Assembly: GCF_006345805.1 (NCBI RefSeq) | Contig: NC_043008.1 | Span: 32,550,001-32,614,000 of the forward strand | Source: Octopus sinensis | Lineage: Eukaryota | Direction of reading: 5' to 3' | Length of the DNA: 64,000 bases | Shown here: one piece after another, positions 39,380-52,105 of the stretch | Numbering within the stretch: the stretch's first letter is position 1 | Layout: each line of letters begins with the position of its first letter | The notes under the pieces: generated by a model | What the model saw: only the letters and a program-made list of their open reading frames with translations | What the model was told of the DNA's origin: nothing | Databases searched by the model: none | Position numbers and translations under genes: made by a program

Positions 39380-39923
39380 ATATACACATATATATAAACG
39401 AAAACAACAAACGACAGAAAGCCCCCTCCAACCCATCCAAATGAAACACGAAACATGACAATATTTCTAATGTCTTCTAAAACTCTAAGATATCTCCACA
39501 CAAGTGGTAGATCTCATCATATACGTTATTGCTATTTCTGGTATAATCGATCGTACGACAAAAATGTTATGGTCGATCGTTGCGAAAATATACGTTTACA
39601 AAGCCAAAAATAAATACACTGAAACCGATGATAAACATTAGAAAACACGGAATTTATATTAAGAATTAATTATTATAAATATAAACTTTAAATCAACATT
39701 ATCTGTTACCACTGACATCCAGAATTTTTTTTTGGGGCTTTCGTTTTTACCTTTTTGGTTTTAAACTTTGGTACGGTCGGATTCAACGTCAATGAGAAAC
39801 GAATGTGCCTGTTATCCAGACAGATTGTGCTCTAGCTTAACGTCACTATGAGTGCCTATTACTATGATATCTGAGTGGATTTGGTAGGCAGAAAGTGAAA
39901 GAAGCTTACCGTGTATATATATA

Positions 39924-40149
39924 TACTCTTTTACTTGTTTCAGTCATTTGACTGTGGCCATGCAGGAGCATTGCTTTTAGTCGAGCAAGTCGACCCCAGG
40001 ACTTATTCTTTGTAAGCCTAGTACTTATCCTATCGGTCTGTTTTGCCGAACCGCTAAGTTACGGGGACGTAAACACACCAGCATCGGTTGTCAAGCGATG
40101 TTGGGGGGGGGGGAAACACAGACACACAAACATATACCTACACGCATAC

Positions 40150-40206
<57 letters not shown>

Positions 40207-40373
40207 TACGATGGGCGTCTTTCAGTTTCCGCCTACCAAATCCGCTCACAAGGCTTTGGTTGTCCCGAGGCTACTGTAGAAGACACTTGCCTAAGGTGCC
40301 ATGCAGTGGGACTGAACCTGGGACCATGTGGTTCGTAAGCAAGCTTCTTACCACACAGCCACTCTTACACCTA
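39924..40373 (-). mobile_element. SINE family B
   Basis: Full consensus match. Confidence 0.87.
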
Positions 40374-40574
40374 TGTATACACACACACACACACACCACA
40401 CACACACACACATATATATTTGTACGCCATAATGAATTCCGTAACGGCTACGTCTGATGAACGTAGAGTAGTTACATAATCGGACTGTTACCTAACACTC
40501 CTTTGAACCCCTAGTGAGAAACCGATTGATAAAATCGGCCGTAATGGAAATATAATACTGGACGCTTCGACTAA

Positions 40575-40617
<43 letters not shown>

Positions 40618-41039
40618 CTGTGTGCTGTTGTACTTTTGTCTCCCATCACCACTTGACAATCGTTGCTGGTTTCTTTACATAGCCATAAATCAGCGATACA
40701 GCAAGGGAGATAGATATAATTAGTGCCAGGCTTAAAAAATAAGTGAAAAAAAAAAGGTAGTGGAACCGCTTTGTTCGACGAAAGCTTTCCAGGTGGTGCC
40801 CCAGCATGGCCGCAGATCAATGACTGAAGCAGGCAAAATATAAAAGATAACCAGTAGTATGTTTCATTTTGGTGCCTTGGCACCTTTAAGCTTGATTAAT
40901 GGAGATAAAACCAAAATTTTGAAATATTGTTTCAGATTTTGGATGAAAGGGTTAGTTTACTGCTTCAACTTGACCGGTTATTAATTGTATCGGCCCCGAA
41001 AGCATGAAAGTCAAAGTTAAACTGGGTAGTAACTGTTCC

Positions 41040-41765
41040 CAAACTATTGATTTGAAATTTTGGTACAAGGCCAGCAATTTCAGAAGAGGTAGGCAAGTCG
41101 ATTACATCGACCCCAGTGCTTGACTGGTATTTATCTTATCGAAAGATGACAAGCAAAGGATGAAAATGAAAAAAAAAAAAAGCAAAGGATGAAAAATCGA
41201 CATCGGCGGAATTTGAACTTAGAACGTAGAAACGGACTAAATGCTGATAAGTATTTTACCCAGCGTGCTAACGATTCTGCCACCTTCAACTATAACCAAA
41301 ATATTAAAAGTCGAAATAAATGCTACTTGTCCGACGCGCTAACAATTATGTCAGTTCATCGTTTTTAATATTGGTTTCACTGCCTTTAATAATCCCTTAT
41401 AGGCATAAAGCCTAAAATGTTGGCGCGGAGTGGCTTGTCGATTTCATCAAACCACAATACTTGACTGGTACTTATTTCACTGACCCCGAGAGAAGGAAAT
41501 GCAAAGTTGACCTTAGTGGAATTTGAACGTAAAGTCAGATTCAATGCCCCTGAATATTTTGTCCGGCATGCAAACGATTCTGCCTGTTCGGCGCCTTTAA
41601 TAACAATTCTAGTCAATTACATTGACCCCCAGTGTCCAATTGGTAATTATTTTATCGTCCCCGAAAGGATGAAAGGTAAAGTGGACCTCGACAGGATTTC
41701 AAGTCAGAACATAAAGAGATGAAACAAATGCCGCGAAGCATTTTGTCTGAAAGCTCGCTGCCTTT
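41040..41765 (-). mobile_element. Cluster of 3-4 co-oriented SINE family A copies
   Basis: Repeated GGATGAAAGG(C/T)AAAGT.GACCTCG and GAATTTGAAC cores. Confidence 0.78.
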
Positions 41766-41899
41766 AAAAATACCTAGTAGCCATGCCACTATTTTTTGGT
41801 TTTTGCAGCAGGTCAGTCAGCTAGTAATGTATGATAGAAGCGATGTAGTCATTCGCCATAACTGCTTTATCTTCCAAGAATAGATTTTTCCACTGCTCG

Positions 41900-42640
41900 T
41901 TTCTATACGTAAGGTCTCCACCAAGACGTATTGACTAATTCAGATGCTGAGCACCTTAATCGGTCCACCGATGCTTAATGCATGATCCACACATTAACTT
42001 ATCAGCGCCATACAAAGGTACATGCTGCTTTCATTTCTCAGACATCCAATACTATGATGATCCCGTCGTCCGCGTATGATGTCACAGTACTCTTGTGTCA
42101 TGTTTCCATCGAAATAGCTCTCAACACATCTAACAACCGCAGCAATGCTGTGCTTTAAGAATCAAAACATGCAGGAACGGTAGAAAAGGGTTTGCTGAAA
42201 ATGTAATTTCTGATGTGAAACGATTCTAATACGTGATCATTTTGCTTAACAGTCAGTAAGATTTCCAGAGGCTAGAAGCAATCCTACTTCTGAAAATGGA
42301 ATCGAAATTAGCTGCATTAAGAGGTTGCGATGAAAGCTTTTGATTAATTTAACTTGACCAGAGGCCAGCAAATCCAGCTTCCTTTCTCCACTGTATTGCA
42401 TGGGATAATAGATATCGAGAATTGTACAGGTAAATATGATCCCAGCGACGTTGCTGACAACAAGCTTCGACCGCTTTACGAAAACTCTGGCCAAAAGCAT
42501 TGACATTGCATTCAGTAGTCATGGCCCTATAATTATCTGTGATTACGCGCTGGTTCGAGTCTTTTCTTAGCCGTGCCACCACTTCTTGACCTGCAGAACT
42601 GGGAATACTGTCATTTTCGGTAAAATCTATTTTCGTTCAT
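41900..42640 (-). pseudogene. Decayed L1/Tx1-like reverse transcriptase fragment
   Basis: Frameshifted minus-strand words DNYRAM..LNAMSMLLARVFVKR, NAANFDSIFRSRIA, NPFLPFLHVLIL, LLRLLDVLRAI..STVTSYADDGIIIV follow RT domain order. Confidence 0.6.
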
Positions 42641-43209
42641 TCTCGTTGGCTGTTATTCTATAAGTCATGATAGTCTTTTTTTTTTTTTTGAAACAGAATT
42701 TTTAAAAAGTATTTACCAAGCTTTGCCTCTTACAGAGATCGAACCAAGAAAAAAAAGCTACTCGCCTCATGCTTCTGACCAGTCTCTTGAACAAAAATCA
42801 TGGAAACAATTGAAAGTAATAAATCTCGAGCAGGGTAAAGAAAAATCTGCATTAATTTATTCAGACTTACAGTGTGTCAAATCAACGTGACGTTCAAGCC
42901 GAGAGCAGTGATAAAAAAGTAATGATATACGATAATTGAATATTAACTGAATAAATTTAGTTATAATTCAATTTAGGTAATTAGGATTTCTTTACTACAA
43001 TTTTATTATTCTTAAAGCACTTCTATAGATATAATATTAAATAAAATATTGTTTAAAATCGAAAAAAATGTGTAAATATGGTTGGGTTTTGGAAAAAAAA
43101 ATAAGCTAGAAATAAAAATAATCGAGTTATTTTGCTTGAATTGTGAAGAAAATGATATAGAAAGAGACGAAAGTCTGAGCAAGATTTCAGTTCTTTTCCT
43201 TTAATCAGT

Positions 43210-43800
43210 ACAGAACTCAATAATTACTTCTACTACAGGCACAAACTGAAATTTTGTGAGAAGGGGTCTACTCGATTACATTGCCTCGGTGATCAATTGG
43301 AACTAATTTCATCGACCCTGAAAAGAGGAAGTCTACCGCAACGGATTTTGAAAATCAGGACGTAGAGACGGACGAATATGCCTTGCTTGCCGCTTTACAT
43401 TAGAGAACTTAACGGTTTCATATTTTAACGCAAGACCAGCAAGTCCGAGGGAGGAAGTAAGTCGATTACATCAACCTTCAGGGGTCAATTGGTACTTATT
43501 TTATCGACCCCGAAAGGATGAAAGACAAAGTCGATCTCGGTGGAATTTGAACACAGAGTGTAAAGATGGACGAAATTCTGATAAGCATTTTGTCCGGCGT
43601 GTTAACGCTTCTGCCTTATAGAAATTAATAATACAAGATAGCAAAAGAATCTCTGCATGGATACTTTTTCTGTTGTATATAGTTGTACGCATTGGCAGAT
43701 ATAGTCGTTACTTTTCGTCCGTCTTTACGTTCCGAGTTCAAATTCACTCAAGGTAGACTTTGTCCTTATCCTTTTGGGGCCAATAAAATACGTACCAGTT
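43210..43800. mobile_element. SINE family A copies (two on minus, one partial on plus)
   Basis: Core motif matches at ~43310, 43500 and 43740. Confidence 0.72.
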
Positions 43801-43962
43801 GAGCACATTCTACCACGGCTAATCTTATTTTCGTTCACGCATTAAGTTTTTTTCTTCCACATTTAATTCTTCTTAATCCGCAGCTAAACTTTCCTCTTCC
43901 CCAGCTAGATGCCTTCTTCCTCTGTTAATCCGCTTTCCACGGCAAAACTTGTTTCCTCTCTA

Positions 43963-44365
43963 GTTAAGCAGCTCGCTTTGCATCCACATGGTTTCGGGTT
44001 CAGTCCTACTGTGTGGTTCCTTGAACAAGAGTCTTCTGCTACTGCCTCAGCAACCAATACCTCTAAGAGAATTTGTTAGACAGATTCTGCGTGGAAACCT
44101 GACACTTATACACACACACACATACACACACACACACATTGCGTGTGTGTGTGTGCGAGTGCCTATGTGTTTTCACGCTGTGTTTGTTCCTCACCAATGC
44201 TTGACAATCGGCGTCGGTTTGTTTACATCTCCGTAACCTAGCACGATATAAGTACCAGGAATAAAACATAGAGGTACAGTTGTACTGAGGTACATTTGTT
44301 CCTTCAAGCTGGTGCTCTAGCATGGCCGCCACCCATTGACTGAATACAAGCAAACAATAAAACGA
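43963..44365 (+). mobile_element. Diverged SINE family B
   Basis: GGTTTCGGGTTCAGTCC head and GGTGCTCTAGCATGGCCGC tail. Confidence 0.75.
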
Positions 44366-44949
44366 TAACTGAAAGTCGGTGAGTGACGATCTATCAGAAA
44401 CAGTACAGCCACAGCCGCAGCCACATGCAAAATGCTTTATAGTCTTACGAGTCAGCCTTTTACGTACTGAATTCAAGCTATGCCAATACTGACTTCCATC
44501 CGTCGGAGGTCGAAGAAAAAATGTACCGATAAGACACTAGAATAGAATCAATCGAATGTATCCTCTAACACTACTCTTAAAACATTGTTTTGTGCCAAAG
44601 TTAAGAACTCAATATGTTACTATAACTATTACTATACTAATGACACATTTGCTCACGGAGTTGTTTATAAAAATAATGTCTTCCATTGGCACCAAGCCAC
44701 GCGCTTATGAATGAGGAGAAGGGAGTGTGTGGTCGATAAATCCATTTTAGTATATGACTGGTGTTTATTTTATCGACACCACAGTAGACAGATTGACACC
44801 AAAAGTTAACCCTTATCAGATACAATGTTTTTTAAAAAAAACTACATTAAATATAGAAGCATTGACTTCAGTATTGCTTTTCGTGTGGGTGGTGCATTTA
44901 GGAAATTTTTCACAGTAATTTATACTCTCAAATAAGTCAATTATCTACA

Positions 44950-45598
44950 CCAGGGTCCCAAACAACCTGACCACTGATCAGAAGCAGAGATAGATGATGT
45001 GGTACCGGGCTGCACAGACAATATAAATTTTGGAATTTTGCTTCCATTTTATTGACTCTCGTAGTTGGCAGGATTTTTTTTTGCATTTATATTATGAATT
45101 ATATTGCATATATTGCATATATATATATATATGAATACACACACAAACAAACATACTGTGAAGGCGCATGGCTCAATGTTTAGATCGTGAGGATGGGAAC
45201 TCGATTCTCGAACCCGGCTGTGTGTTGTGTTCTTGAGCAATACACTTTATTTCATGTTGTTCAAATTCACTCAGCAGTAGGAAATGAGTTGCGACGTCAC
45301 TGGTGCCAAGCTGTGTCGGCTTTTGCCTTTCTCTTGGACAACATCGGTGGAAGGGATACTGGTCCACATAGATGACTGCTGGTCTTCCACAAACAACTTT
45401 TCCCCGGACTTGTGCCACGGAGGGGAACTTTCTAGATGCAGTCCCATAGTCATTCACGACAGAAGAGGATTATATGTATATCTATTATGTATGCAATAAT
45501 CCAACTATATGTTATGCACTATTTTGTGTTTTGTTATGCACATGATATATGGTCTGTGGAAAAATTGTCTTGCATGAAACCGGTGCTTGGTGCAAAAA
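44950..45598 (+). mobile_element. Non-autonomous hAT (Charlie-like) remnant interrupted by a SINE
   Basis: Left end CCAGGGTCCCAAAC...GGTACCGGGCTGCACAG (44950-45018). Right subterminal GGTCTGTGGAAAAATTGTCTTGCATGAAACCGGTGCTTGGTGCAAAAA (45551-45598). Confidence 0.6.
45160..45470 (+). mobile_element. tRNA-derived SINE family C
   Basis: Head GAAGGCGCATGGCTCAATG...CTCGATTC, central GTGTTCTTGAGCAA..CACTTTATTTCA...TTCACTCAGC. A related partial copy lies on minus at ~37600-37735. Confidence 0.65.
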
Positions 45599-46623
45599 TG
45601 CGTGAAGAGTGCTGATGTACACCAACCAATGTAGTTTTCCTGTGAAGAGCTGTAACCCCACCAATTGTTATTAAATTCAAAGATATGATGGCAGGACAAT
45701 TTCTCAAAAATCCTATAATCAATTGAATAGATAACGCGCCTTTCATCGTACTCGACATATACCCAACAAGGGAATTAATATACACTTCGGTATATTTAGT
45801 TGAAAGTGGCCAGTTGGCAGAATCATCGGAGTAACATATAATTTCTTCCGGTTGTGGATTTTGGCTTTCGACTCACTGTTCAAATCTTACCAGCCTCAAA
45901 TGGTGTCTTTTGTTTATTGTGAGTTAGTCACTACTTCGTAACTTGTATCACTTCTCACTTCGTAGCTTGTTGCTATAACACAATGAGTGTCCACAGTCTG
46001 GCTGAAGTGACGACGTCGGCGGTGGTAGCTTGTCGATAACTGTCTGTGTTCGTTCAATAGTAATTGGTATACAGAGACAGATGGACAGAACTCAACTTGT
46101 TCAATAGTAAAGTTTATTCATAGCAGTGTGTTATGTACAATGTAATACTTTGTATAAGATTTCTGTAAAGAAGTAAGTAGTGTTTCATAGAGATGTCTAT
46201 AGGGTGATAACGGTGAATGAATGTGTGAAGACATTAGATGTACTTCGTGTATATAGGAAGAGACTTGATAGAAGTGTTTCTACAAAACATGAGAGATAAC
46301 AGCATTGAGTTTGGTCGATACTGCTGGCGCACATGGAAGACGAATTGTTATTATGTGAGAGACGCCAACACAAAAGCGATAGAACCAAACTACAAACAGT
46401 GAGCCCTTAGAAAAACGAAGTGAAGTAACTCAATTAAACATGGCCGCAGCCACATTTATGTAAGTGACAATCGGACGTATTACAGAAAGCCTATTTATTC
46501 GGACAATCAGAGACCGAATAGAGCTGTAAACTTACTGTGTCGTCTGAGCCCGCTTTGTCATTAAACATGTATGTGTTAAACTAATGCTAGTATAGACATG
46601 TTACATGTTATTTCAGGAATGAT

Positions 46624-46843
46624 AAGGCGGTGAGCTGGCAGAATCTTTAGCACGGTAGACAAAATGCTTTGTGACGTTTCTTCCCACTCTATACATTCTG
46701 AGCTCATAGCCTACCGAAGTCAACTTTGCTTTTCATCTTCGCAAGGTCGATAAAATAAGTACTATTTGAGCACTGGGGTCGATGTAATTGATTATCGTCC
46801 TCCTCAAAATTGCTGGATTTGTGCCAAAATTATGAAGAATTAT
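46624..46843 (+). mobile_element. SINE family A (tail type 2)
   Basis: Full consensus match. Confidence 0.83.
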
Positions 46844-47310
46844 TTCAGAAAAGATAAATAAGCTATTTTCATTCTCTCTCTCCCTCTCCCTCTCTGTCTG
46901 TCTGTCTGTCTGTCTGTCTCCCCCCCTCTCTCTCACTCACTCACTCACTCTACTTATGCATATAATTCAAAGTCTCAAAATGTCACATGTCACACCAATT
47001 CAGCCTGAAAATTTACGTTAAGTAAAAACTTGTCTGCGTAATACTCAGCTGCTTACAATCGAATCCTCCTCATCAAACCAATGGAAAGTCCCCACATTTA
47101 GTTTGTGATTCTCTCATCACTACTTCGGGAAGTAAGATGAAGTCTATACTTCGCTGAAGAAGCCTAATACTATACAAAATACAAAATTGTTGGGATGTGT
47201 ATACCGTACTTGCTGGAATAGTATTGTTTTCTTCACCACATAATAATTCGTCATTAGTTTTATTAAAGTCCACTGCATTTAACAACAGCAACAAAAATAA
47301 TAGCAAAAGT

Positions 47311-47320
47311 AATAATAATA

Positions 47321-47382
<62 letters not shown>

Positions 47383-47401
47383 AATAATTATTATTATTAT
47401 T

Positions 47402-47440
<39 letters not shown>

Positions 47441-47464
47441 TTCATCTTCATCATCTTCATCATC

Positions 47465-47532
<68 letters not shown>

Positions 47533-47541
47533 TATTATTAT
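47311..47541. repeat. Compound triplet microsatellite (AAT)4(GAT)20(AAT)2(TAT)5(CAT/CTT)n(TAT)3
   Basis: Direct reading. Confidence 0.95.
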
Positions 47542-47619
47542 ACTTTCTTTTTTGGGCATCAGGGCCGAACTCAAAACATAGAGGACGATACACAAACGAG
47601 GGACAATCAGGTTAAACGT

Positions 47620-48112
<493 letters not shown>

Positions 48113-48192
48113 CAATGTACATTTCGAGGTAGCTTATGATTCGGTCAATTTAATGTTTTGTTTCAGCGTCCCCCTTCTCTCTCTCTTTCTAT

Positions 48193-48273
<81 letters not shown>

Positions 48274-49467
48274 TTATCAATGTCCTTTCTCTATCGGCTT
48301 CTTTATCACTCTGCATTCCTCTCGTTCTCTTTACCTTTTACTCTTCACCCTATGTCTCTCCATCCCCCTCTCTCTCTATCCATCTGTCTTTGTTTCTCTA
48401 TCTCTCCCACCAGCTTTCTTTATATATATCTCTCTCTGTTTCCCTGCCTAAAATCTCCAATTGCTTATCCCCTCCTCGTTCCACTTCACACATCCCTGTC
48501 TTGGCTTCATTTTTTCGGGAATAAATGATCAGAGTTTTGAATCTTTTCCTCCATGTTCCTTCAATAAATCTATAACCCATCCAACCCCATCCCAGCCACC
48601 TCATCCCAACTCCCCACCAGTGGAAAAAACACTTATTGAACTTAACCAATAATTCATCTCCATCATACGCATGTCAAATTATATATTTTCATACATTTAT
48701 TTTTTTTATTTACTTCCTTTCATTAATGGGGCGTCTAGAAATATTTTTTCGTCTTTATTACTTTCTATTTCAAATTTTCGACCATTTAATTTGCTCAAAT
48801 TCTGACTCTTTTCCAACCTTGCTAAAAATCGTACAAAAGGTCGTTTCTCTTAAATTACATCTAGCTCTCTCTCCATCATTCTCTTCTTTTTGTATTCTTT
48901 TTCACTTTATGCGTACATTTTCCACTGAGAGACTAACCCTGCCCCATGTAGATATATACGATATATGAGTATACATATGCATAAAAAACACGTGAAGTCA
49001 AGTTACACACACACACATATATGTGTGTGTATGTGTGTGTGTGTATATGCATATAATATATATATATATATAACTTTATACATACATATATATGCAGTTA
49101 TACATACGTATATACATATGTACATATATATATATTAAATATATGCATTAGCATATATACGTATGCATATATATATATATATAATATATATATATATACA
49201 CATATACATATATATACCTATATACATAAAGTTATATATATGTGTAAATATGTATGCATATATATACCTGGATATATATATATATATCACGTGGATATAT
49301 ACATACATATATATACATCCTTTACGTTTATTTATGGAAAGCGATTTGAATATGCATATAGAAGCTCTTATTTTACTGTGCCGGCTACAGCCTAATAATT
49401 CCAAATGGCAATACCAGTCTTTGGGGGTCGCACCGAGCTGTACCGATATAATGTAGGATAAATATAG

Positions 49468-49664
49468 TAATAATAATAACCCTTTGTTGGAATTTATAAA
49501 TATTTTAATGCATCGCTAGGCGCATTCCCAGAAATCACATGTTTCTTAAGATCATAGTCCCATAGTTCATATTGCCGGGAATATGGACTATGATCTTAAG
49601 AAACATGTCCTTTGTGGAAATGTGCGTAGCGATGCATTGAAATATATATAAATTCCATCCAAAG

Positions 49665-49676
<12 letters not shown>
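49468..49676. repeat. Foldback inverted repeat, ~92-bp arms, 24-bp spacer
   Basis: Perfect inner stem ACATGTTTCTTAAGATCATAGTCC (49537-49560) / GGACTATGATCTTAAGAAACATGT (49585-49608); outer arms imperfect. Confidence 0.92.
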
Positions 49677-49700
<24 letters not shown>

Positions 49701-49719
49701 GTTGTTATTGTTATTGTTA

Positions 49720-49783
<64 letters not shown>

Positions 49784-49798
49784 ATATATATATTAGAT

Positions 49799-49911
49799 AA
49801 AGATGGCTGCGGTCGGTTTATAGGATTACCCAGTGTTTCGCGTCCATAAAGCTCTGTGCTTTATTGTCGTGAGATCCTGGGTAATCCTATAAACTGGCCT
49901 TAACTATCTTT
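49799..49911. repeat. Imperfect 113-nt hairpin
   Basis: GTTTATAGGATTACCCAG (49816-49833) / CTGGGTAATCCTATAAAC (49877-49894) is perfect; inner ATAAAGC/GCTTTAT closes a 5-nt loop. Confidence 0.9.
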
Positions 49912-49973
49912 AAATACTCTACTGCTCTATAACGTAGAGTATAATTGTCTTTCGGATTTATGATTTACTGACG

Positions 49974-50025
<52 letters not shown>

Positions 50026-50297
50026 GTATATAAATTCATATATGTTTATGTATATATACATATATTATATTATATTATATTAGAGGAAAAATCAAAAACC
50101 AAGGCAGAACGTGTATCTCAAGTTATTTAGAATAATTTAATTAGGGTAAGGTGAATTTGAAGTCTTACAGCCGTTTCTGGGATAACACAAGTGGTAGGTT
50201 AGCATGTCTACACACTGAGCATTCCGTCAACAGAAACAAATTATGAATATTTTAAACGGAAAATTTGCAGTTTACAAAGAATAAAATTCACAGTTTA

Positions 50298-50666
50298 TCT
50301 CTCTATATATAAACGGCAGTTTGCCTGTGTGTGTTTCTGTGTGTCTGTTAGGTTGTACCTTCAACCTGACCACGGCTTTCAACCGATTCTGATGAAACTT
50401 GACACACACATAGCCCAATGTCATAATTCAAAACTAACGCAGCGAAAATTTTGAAAAGTTCCCCCAGTTCTGAAAAAAATCGATAAATTCGACATGGGGT
50501 CGAGAATCAGAAACACAAACCACAGACTGTCTAGGGGACGCAACTCGACCTCTTTAACTAAAAAAAATTTACCATCATTTTTTTCCATTTTTTGGCTATA
50601 ACTCTCTAAAAATGCTTTATAGTTATTTCCCTTACAAACCCGAGCAACGCCGGGCGATACTGCTAG
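50298..50666 (+). mobile_element. Non-autonomous Helitron (369 bp)
   Basis: A|TC start at 50298, GC hairpin CCCG-AGCAACGC-CGGG at 50639-50654, CTAG|T end at 50666, no TSD. Confidence 0.88.
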
Positions 50667-50942
50667 TAAGGAATAAAATAAAAGAATAAAGAAGTGACTA
50701 GAAGTATAAAAAGCAAAGATAGTTAGAAGAATATAGGCAGGAGACTAATGTTCACAACTCATCTTTTTCCAGAGGATATGGATGTTGGTCGGTACTTCCA
50801 TGAAGGTACAAGTCCTTAGTTAAAATCCCAGATAAAACCACATTGTCCTAAATTTATACATACATACATACATACATACATACATACATACATACCTACA
50901 CACACATACATACATACATACATACATACCTATATACATACA

Positions 50943-50976
<34 letters not shown>

Positions 50977-50990
50977 ATTATATATATATA

Positions 50991-51042
<52 letters not shown>

Positions 51043-51846
51043 GGCTTCTTTCTGATTCCGTCTACTCAATCCACCACACACAAACATTGAACGGATGGAG
51101 GCTATTGTAGAAAATATTTACCGAATGTGGACTGAACCTGGAACTATACGGTTGGGAAGTAAACTATTCCTCCACGCACGCATGCACACATCCATACACT
51201 CACCTCCCACACGCGCGCATGTATATATCCTTGTACCATAGGCATACGACCTGTACATGCATATACATACAGAATATATTTGTTTGTGTGAGAATGTATG
51301 TATATACGTGTGTATGTTTATTCGTGTTAGTCTGCATGCATTTGAGAATGTGTCTGTGTGCATGTGCGTGTATGTATGTATGTGTGTGTGTGTGTTTGTG
51401 TGTACGTGTGTAAATGTAGATTCATGTGTATATATGCATGTATATAATCTATTAATCTCTGTGCAAATGAATGCGTTGGTGTAAAACATAATTTCAGTTT
51501 CATGAAGGGGATCTATTGAGAGGTGTGTAATCGCAAGACGCAAACTATATTAGACTTTTAGGCAAGTAGATCAAAACTAAAACGAAGGAAAAAATAAGCA
51601 AGAAAACCCGCTCATACTATTGTTCACGTGATGACTGCTGGGAGCCAATTAGAGGAGACAGTGATAAAGCTATTATTCTCTGTGGAAATTGCTAGTAGCT
51701 TTCTACAACTATAATTAAAGTTCAGAACTGCTATACAATTCCCAATGATGTATTTTACGATTTCAATTGGTTATCGTGTTTCAAATACTCTATTGCCAGT
51801 GTATAATAGGCTATTAATCTATCTTCAATACATACTGATACATTGA

Positions 51847-52105
51847 CGAGGGTCGGCTGAAAAGTTCATAGGATGATCAAAATATTCTCATGAAATGTGA
51901 ACAAATGGGGTTTTTACTTTTCAATATAGTCCGCCTTGCAATCCACATACTTCTTCCATTGGTGTTGCAGTGCTTGGATCTCGTTGGTGAAGAAGCTTTC
52001 ATCCAGTTGCAAGCTGGCGTAGTACTCTCCATTGATGACGTGGCCCTTTTGAAGATAGTCGATAAATACAATGTTTTTGCATCCCCCAAACATAGGATAT
52101 CATGG
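51847..52105 (-). mobile_element. Internally deleted fragment of a second mariner family with its 3' TIR
   Basis: TIR ACGAGGGTCGGCTGAAAAGTTCATAGG. Minus translation WGDAKNIVFIDYLQKGHVINGEYYASL is fused directly to QLDESFFTNEIQALQHQWKKYVDCKADYIEK*. Confidence 0.85.

Noticed and set aside
40435-40550. CTGATGA (40454-40460) and GAAAC (40518-40522) as a hammerhead
   Set aside because: CTGATGA is the loop of its own CTACGT/ACGTAG hairpin, no helix II closes, and the U of the NUH triplet is missing.
42246-42582. ITDNY motif suggesting a piggyBac transposase
   Set aside because: Context (NYRAM..L, downstream YADD) fits a LINE reverse transcriptase better.
46070-46605. Possible solo LTR on the minus strand (TGTAACA start, AATAAA)
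   Set aside because: No PBS, PPT, matching inverted terminus, TSD or second copy could be identified.
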